Below are positions 54,192 to 59,248 of a stretch of 59,248 nucleotides of DNA, piece after piece. Under the pieces are notes generated by a model. The model searched no databases. It was not told the DNA's origin and was given only the letters and a program-made list of their open reading frames with translations. Each line of letters begins with the position of its first letter. Positions within the stretch are counted from its first letter, which is position 1. Location: contig JAHFDT010000003.1 of the NCBI GenBank assembly GCA_023248875.1, positions 1 through 59,248 on the forward strand, in the 5' to 3' direction. Position numbers and translations under genes: made by a program. Origin of the DNA: Myxococcales bacterium. GTDB taxonomy: Bacteria; Myxococcota_A; Polyangia; Palsa-1104; SHYY01.

Positions 54192-57100
54192 ATGGATCCT
54201 CGCACCCAGCTTATAAGCCGCCTGCGCAGTGCGCGCAGCTGGAGCAAACTACCCCAAGTATTGGAGGAGCTTGAGCGGGGTCTGGCAGAGCTGGACAAGG
54301 AGGCGCGCACAGCGGGGCTGGTAGAGCTCGGCCTGCAGTGCGAGGAGCTCCTCTTGCAGTCCGATCGCGCACTTGGCTACTACCGCGCCGCACTGGCGCT
54401 GGACGCGCGAAACAAGAGGGCCCGCGAGGGTATCGAACGGATCGGCTGGGAGCTGGGCGACCTCGGGCTGGTGGCGGAGATGCTCGGCCAGGCACTTTCA
54501 GCCGCACGCAGCCAGAAGGCCAAAGCGGCGCTGCAGGGGCGGCTCGGCTGTTTGCAGCTCGATCTCGGACAGCTCGACGAGGCGCGCACCAATCTCGAGG
54601 TTGCGCGGGAGGCGAAGCTCGAAGCTGTGGACGCGAAGCCGTGCCAAGAGGCGCTGGCGGCGCTCGACCACGATCGCAAGGAATGGCTCGACGAGGCCGA
54701 GGCGCTGATCAAGCAGGCGGAGGGAGCCGAGCCGGGGGCGGCTGCGCAGCTCTATCTGCGGGTCGCGCGGATCTATCGGATCGAGATGCCGGGCGACCCG
54801 GCGATCATCGATGTGTTGCAGCGTGCCATGGCCAGCGATCCGGACCTGGAAGAGGCGGCGCTGCTGCTCGAACGGGTGCTGGTGGCGGCCGAGGCGTGGG
54901 ACGATCTCATGGGGGTGCACGAGGGACGTGCGCGCTTCCTCGCCGACCCGACCGCGCGGCTCGCCCTCTTGCGTCGTATGGGAACGCGCTGGGCGGTGCA
55001 GTTCAAGGATCCTGAAAGGGCTGTCTTTTTCTATCGCAAGGCGCTCGAGCAGCACTACTTGCCACGCAAGCAGGGGGAGGCGGATGGCTTTGCCGGCCAC
55101 CTGGCGGCGTTTCGGCAGGTTTGCGAGGTGCTCGGCGCGCACGGCGAATGGGGGGAGCTTCTGCAGCTGGTCGATCTCGGGCTGCAGGGGCAACGGAAAG
55201 GCGACGAGCGTGTGGTGCTCGCTGGCGCAGCCGGAGAGATCGCCTGGCAGGCGATGAAGGATCGCGAACGGGCGCAGCGCTACTTTTCCGTGGTGCGCGA
55301 GCTCGATCCGCACAGTGAGGAGCTGCGCGATTTCATGGGCCACGTCGGCGAGATCGTTCAGGAGGTGGCGGATACCTCGGACACCGCCAAGGTGGCGATG
55401 GCGGCAGGTGGGGTGGTGGAGGCGGCCCCTGCACCGAACGAGGAGCTGCCGCCTGACGCGGTGGCGACGGCACGTGCAGCGGAAGCGAGCAGCGTCGACA
55501 AGGGGATCGAGGCCTGGCGCAAGTTGGCGGCAGCCCACCCGACGGCACACGCGCCGAGGATCGAGCTCGGACGGATCTACCGCAAGGCTGAACGCTGGAG
55601 TGCGCTGGCGGAGCTTCTGCGCGAGCAGGCCGAGAAGCACTCGGTGGGCGACGAAAAGATCGCGACCTATTTCGATTTGGCGGAGCTCTATAAGGAGAAG
55701 CTGCGCAACGACGGGCTGGTGGTCACCGCGCTCAACACGGTGCTCGGCCTTGCGCCGCACCATCCTCGTGCGCTCGACGCACTGCTCGGGCAGTACGAGC
55801 ACATGAAGCGCTGGCCCGATCTCGCCGGAGTGCTGCAGAAGAAGGCTGCCGCTGCCACCAGCGATGGGGAGAAGATCGAGCTCTACGGCCGCCTGGCGCA
55901 GCTCTACCAGGAGCGCTTCTCCAACGTGGCGGAGGCGATCAAGGCCTACGAAAAGGTGCTGGAGATCGATCCGCGCCATTCGGCGGCCATCGCCTTTCTC
56001 AAGGCCAACTACGAAAAGCGGCGCGATTGGGAGAAGTTGATCGCGGTCGAGCTGCGTGAGATTGCCGAGCTGCCGGCAGCTGAGCAGCCCGCCCGTTTCG
56101 TGGCGGTGGCGAAGGTGGCGTCAGAGAAGTTGAAGAAACCGCTGGTGTGCATCGATTTGTGGGAAAAAGTGCTCGCCGCGGAACCGGGCCATGGCGAAGC
56201 GCTGGGCGAGCTCGAGAAGCTCTATGAGCGGGAGAAGCAGTGGGACAGGCTGGCGGCAGTGTGTCAGCAGCAGGCGGAGGCGACCACTGATCCGGCGCGA
56301 CGTTCGGCAGCGCTCCAGAAGCTGGGGCTGCTGTTCACCGAGAAGGTGGTCGATGGCGATCGGGCGCTGGCCGCGTGGCGTGCACTCTTGGCGATCGAGC
56401 CGGAGAATCGGCGCGCTCAGGAGGCGCTCAAGAAGGTTTATCTGCAGCAGCGGAATTTTGCCGAGCTCGAGGCCTTTTTCGCGGCCCAGAATAAGCTCGA
56501 CGAATATGCTCGCGTGCTCGAGCGCCAAGCGGAGAGCGAGGACGATCCGACCAAGATCCAGCTCCATCTGCGGATTGCCGAACTCTACCGCGACCGACTC
56601 GGCAAGGCGGATCGGGCGCTGCGCGCCTACGAGCGCGTGCTGACGCTCGACGCCCAGCACCTCGGTGCTGCGGAAGCGCTCATTCCGCTTTACGAAGCGA
56701 CGCGCGAGCCGCGCAAGCTGGCGGCGGTGCTCGAGGTCCAGCTTCATGCGACCCAGGAGGCGGGTGTGCGGCGCCAGCGGATGCAACATCTGGCCGAGCT
56801 CTGCGAGGGCATGCTGCGCGACAAGGCGGCCGCCTACGGTTGGTGCCTGCGTGGTTTTGCCGAAGAGAACGATTCGACTTGGGCGCGCAGTGGCGTGGAG
56901 CGTCTCGCCAAGGAGACGGGCGGCTTCGCGGAGCTGGTGGCGGCCTATGAGAAGGCGGCTGAGGCACTTCTCGCCGCACGGTCGCCGGCCCTGGCGCTGT
57001 CACTGTTGGCGATGGTAGCGCAGGTGTATGAAACGGAACTCGGCGATACCGATCGAACCTTGGCGGTCAATCGCCAGATCCTTGCGCTGGATGAGCACCA

Positions 57101-59248
57101 CGCGGGCGCGCTGGCGGCGCTCGAACGGCTCTACATTGCCACCCAGAGGTTTTCCGAGCTGCTCGAGATCTACGAGCGCAAGTTGGCGGTTGAGACCGAC
57201 CCAGCGGTGCAGCGTGACCTTCGCTATCGCATGGCCCACCTCTTCGAAGAGGAGCTGCGCGATCGCAAGCGGGCGGCGGAGGTCTATCGGACGATCTTGG
57301 CGGAGGGCGATGTCCTTCCGGCGCTGCGGTCGCTCGATCGGCTGATGGTCGCCGAGGGACAGTGGAAGGAGATCGGGAATCTGATCGAGCGGCAACTCTT
57401 GCTGGTCGACACCGATGACGCGCGTGCGCAGCTCAAGTTCCGCTTTGCCGAACTGCACGAGCAGCACCTCGACGACGTGGAGGGCGCGATCGCCTGCTAT
57501 CGCGAACTCCTCGAGCTCGCTCCCGAGCATGCCGGCGCGCGGGCCGCGCTCGAGCGCCGGCTTTCGGACCGGACGCACCAGCTGGCGGCAGCGGAGCTCC
57601 TGGAGCCGATCTATCAGCGCAGCGAGTCTTGGCGCGAGCTCATCGATCTGCACGATGTGCAGCTCGGGCGCGAGACGGAGGGGGTGCGCCGCGGGGAGCT
57701 CTTGGCTGCGATCGGCGAGCTGTGGGCCCACCGACTGGGCGATGGTGACAAAGCGTTCGAGGCCTACAGTCGCTGCTTTCAGGAGCAGCCGGCGAGCCCG
57801 GTGCGGGGCGAGCTCGAACGCCTCGCGGCCCATCTCGACGAATGGAAACGGCTGGTGCGGCTCTACGAAGGAGTGCTGGAGAAGAACTCGCTCGAGCGGG
57901 GCGATCCGGGGCTGCTCCGCGAACTATTGCACAAGGTCGCCGAGGTCTATTCCGAAAAACTGGGGGATGCTCCCAAGGCGGTCGAAGTGTATCGGCGCGC
58001 GCTCAGCGCGGATCCGGACGATCTCGGCGCGCTCGAAGCGCTTGAGCGGCTCTACACGAAACAGGAGAAGTGGCCCGAGCTGCTCGAGGTCTACCGGCGG
58101 CAGATCGAGTTGCTCCCTCTGGCGCGCGAGGCGGCACGCGAGGCGCTCTATTTCCGCGTGGCCTATCTCTGGGACGAGGTGCTGCAGAATCCCGATGAGG
58201 CGATCGCCGCCTACCGAGAGATCCTCGGCTTTTCGGGCGGCCAGGCGAAGGCGCTCACAGCGCTCGATCGGCTCTATCAAGGAAAACGAGCCTGGCACGA
58301 ACTTGCGGACAACCTCGGGCAGCAGCTCAGCCTGACGGCGGAGCAGGGCGATCGGGCTGAATTGCTGGCGCGGCTGGCTGCGCTGCGAGAGCGCCAACTC
58401 GGTGAGGTAGCGGCAGCGATCGATACCTATCGGCAGGTGCTCGAACTTGCACCCGATCATGAAGTGTCGCGAACAGCGCTCGATCGGCTGATCAAGGTGC
58501 CCGAACATGAGCTTCAGGTGGCACAGATCTTGGAGCCGATCTATCGCACCGGCGGCGAGTCGACCCAATTGGTCGAGGTGTACGAGGTGATGGCCCGCCA
58601 CACGTTCGATCCGGCGCGCAAGATCGAGCTCTTCGAGCAGATCGGCGAGCTACATGAGCTCGGCGGCGATGATCCAGGCAAGGCCTTTTCCGCCTACGAC
58701 CGGTCTCTGCGCGAAGATCCGGCGCGCTTGGCCACCCACGATCGGTTGCAACGGCTCTCGCGCGCCATCGGGCGTTTTGGCGAGCTGGTGCAACTGTATC
58801 GTGAGATTGCTGAGAAGACGACCGACACCGAACTCCGGGCAGAGATGTGGCAGCGCGTGGCACAGCTCTCGGCGAGCGAGCTCAACGACATCCACGGTGC
58901 TGCTGAGGCCTATGGCCAGGTGCTCGAGGCCGATCCCAAGAACCTCGACGCGGCCGATGCGCTGGAAGCGATCTATTTGAGCGCTGCCGACTTCACCCAC
59001 TTGGTCGAAGTGGTCTTGCGAAAAGTCGAGATGGTCGAGGAGCTCACCACCAAGAAGGAGCTGTGCTTCAAGGCGGCCAAGCTGTTCGAAGAGGTGCTCG
59101 AAAGCGGTCCACGGGCGATCGAGGCCTATCGGCTGGTGCTGTCACTCGACGAGAGTGACGTGCAAGCGCTCGACGCACTGGAGCGCCTGTGCATCCAACA
59201 CGAGCGGTGGAGCGACCTCAAGGAGATCTACGCCAAGAAGGCGGCGAT
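54192..59248 (+). CDS. Giant TPR protein, GltI/AgmK-like, 3'-truncated by window (absent from ORF track)
   Basis: ATG 54192 (MDPRTQLISRLRS...) after GAGG; same frame still reads KEIYAKKAA at the window end; recurring AL.ALERLY...W..L helical repeats. Confidence 0.85.
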   Translation, partial: MDPRTQLISRLRSARSWSKLPQVLEELERGLAELDKEARTAGLVELGLQCEELLLQSDRALGYYRAALALDARNKRAREGIERIGWELGDLGLVAEMLGQALSAARSQKAKAALQGRLGCLQLDLGQLDEARTNLEVAREAKLEAVDAKPCQEALAALDHDRKEWLDEAEALIKQAEGAEPGAAAQLYLRVARIYRIEMPGDPAIIDVLQRAMASDPDLEEAALLLERVLVAAEAWDDLMGVHEGRARFLADPTARLALLRRMGTRWAVQFKDPERAVFFYRKALEQHYLPRKQGEADGFAGHLAAFRQVCEVLGAHGEWGELLQLVDLGLQGQRKGDERVVLAGAAGEIAWQAMKDRERAQRYFSVVRELDPHSEELRDFMGHVGEIVQEVADTSDTAKVAMAAGGVVEAAPAPNEELPPDAVATARAAEASSVDKGIEAWRKLAAAHPTAHAPRIELGRIYRKAERWSALAELLREQAEKHSVGDEKIATYFDLAELYKEKLRNDGLVVTALNTVLGLAPHHPRALDALLGQYEHMKRWPDLAGVLQKKAAAATSDGEKIELYGRLAQLYQERFSNVAEAIKAYEKVLEIDPRHSAAIAFLKANYEKRRDWEKLIAVELREIAELPAAEQPARFVAVAKVASEKLKKPLVCIDLWEKVLAAEPGHGEALGELEKLYEREKQWDRLAAVCQQQAEATTDPARRSAALQKLGLLFTEKVVDGDRALAAWRALLAIEPENRRAQEALKKVYLQQRNFAELEAFFAAQNKLDEYARVLERQAESEDDPTKIQLHLRIAELYRDRLGKADRALRAYERVLTLDAQHLGAAEALIPLYEATREPRKLAAVLEVQLHATQEAGVRRQRMQHLAELCEGMLRDKAAAYGWCLRGFAEENDSTWARSGVERLAKETGGFAELVAAYEKAAEALLAARSPALALSLLAMVAQVYETELGDTDRTLAVNRQILALDEHHAGALAALERLYIATQRFSELLEIYERKLAVETDPAVQRDLRYRMAHLFEEELRDRKRAAEVYRTILAEGDVLPALRSLDRLMVAEGQWKEIGNLIERQLLLVDTDDARAQLKFRFAELHEQHLDDVEGAIACYRELLELAPEHAGARAALERRLSDRTHQLAAAELLEPIYQRSESWRELIDLHDVQLGRETEGVRRGELLAAIGELWAHRLGDGDKAFEAYSRCFQEQPASPVRGELERLAAHLDEWKRLVRLYEGVLEKNSLERGDPGLLRELLHKVAEVYSEKLGDAPKAVEVYRRALSADPDDLGALEALERLYTKQEKWPELLEVYRRQIELLPLAREAAREALYFRVAYLWDEVLQNPDEAIAAYREILGFSGGQAKALTALDRLYQGKRAWHELADNLGQQLSLTAEQGDRAELLARLAALRERQLGEVAAAIDTYRQVLELAPDHEVSRTALDRLIKVPEHELQVAQILEPIYRTGGESTQLVEVYEVMARHTFDPARKIELFEQIGELHELGGDDPGKAFSAYDRSLREDPARLATHDRLQRLSRAIGRFGELVQLYREIAEKTTDTELRAEMWQRVAQLSASELNDIHGAAEAYGQVLEADPKNLDAADALEAIYLSAADFTHLVEVVLRKVEMVEELTTKKELCFKAAKLFEEVLESGPRAIEAYRLVLSLDESDVQALDALERLCIQHERWSDLKEIYAKKAA

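Noticed and set aside
1-59248. tRNA, rRNA, CRISPR arrays, transposase or prophage genes
   Set aside because: None recognised in any intergenic gap or ORF.

Overview
GC-rich, gene-dense chromosomal window, most likely from a Myxococcota bacterium (inferred from MYXO-CTERM-type sorting tails, an AglRQS-like motor and a glt gliding cluster). Left to right: a large surface protein with about seven Ig-like (ASH/choice-of-anchor D) repeats whose reading frame is open from base 1; an ScfR/RamB-family regulator divergent from a compact ethylmalonyl-CoA pathway operon (mcd, mch, split B12 mutase with atypical active-site motifs, hbd, epi, ccr); a Phd/VapC toxin-antitoxin pair; vWA surface protein, DUF1015, tRNA methyltransferase, secreted proteins and an M1 aminopeptidase; a candidate RiPP locus (PqqD/RRE, radical SAM-SPASM, a 56-aa Cys-containing precursor missing from the ORF track, HPr-kinase-like protein, Ser-His S24/S26 peptidase, C25 peptidase with MYXO-CTERM tail); an amidinotransferase; TolQ/TolR/TolR motor; membrane pyrophosphatase; rpsP-khpA-rimM-trmD-SPOUT-rplS-yraN; a minus-strand operon of a signal-peptide-bearing CoA-transferase/hydrolase homologue plus six tandem secreted paralogues with constant ends, variable centres and a His/His/Cys pattern resembling permuted NlpC/P60 (LRAT-like) enzymes; and gltC-D-E-F-G, a TPR lipoprotein and a giant GltI-like TPR protein running off the window. 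Non-coding highlights: a 33-bp-TIR MITE, a related palindromic element, and a three-hairpin element present twice, each time with a duplicated copy of the upstream gene's 3' end. Best candidates for undescribed systems: the six-gene secreted array with its exported CoA-transferase homologue, the rSAM RiPP locus, and the gene-end-duplicating hairpin element. No rRNA, tRNA or CRISPR array was seen. All family calls are by motif recognition, without database searches.
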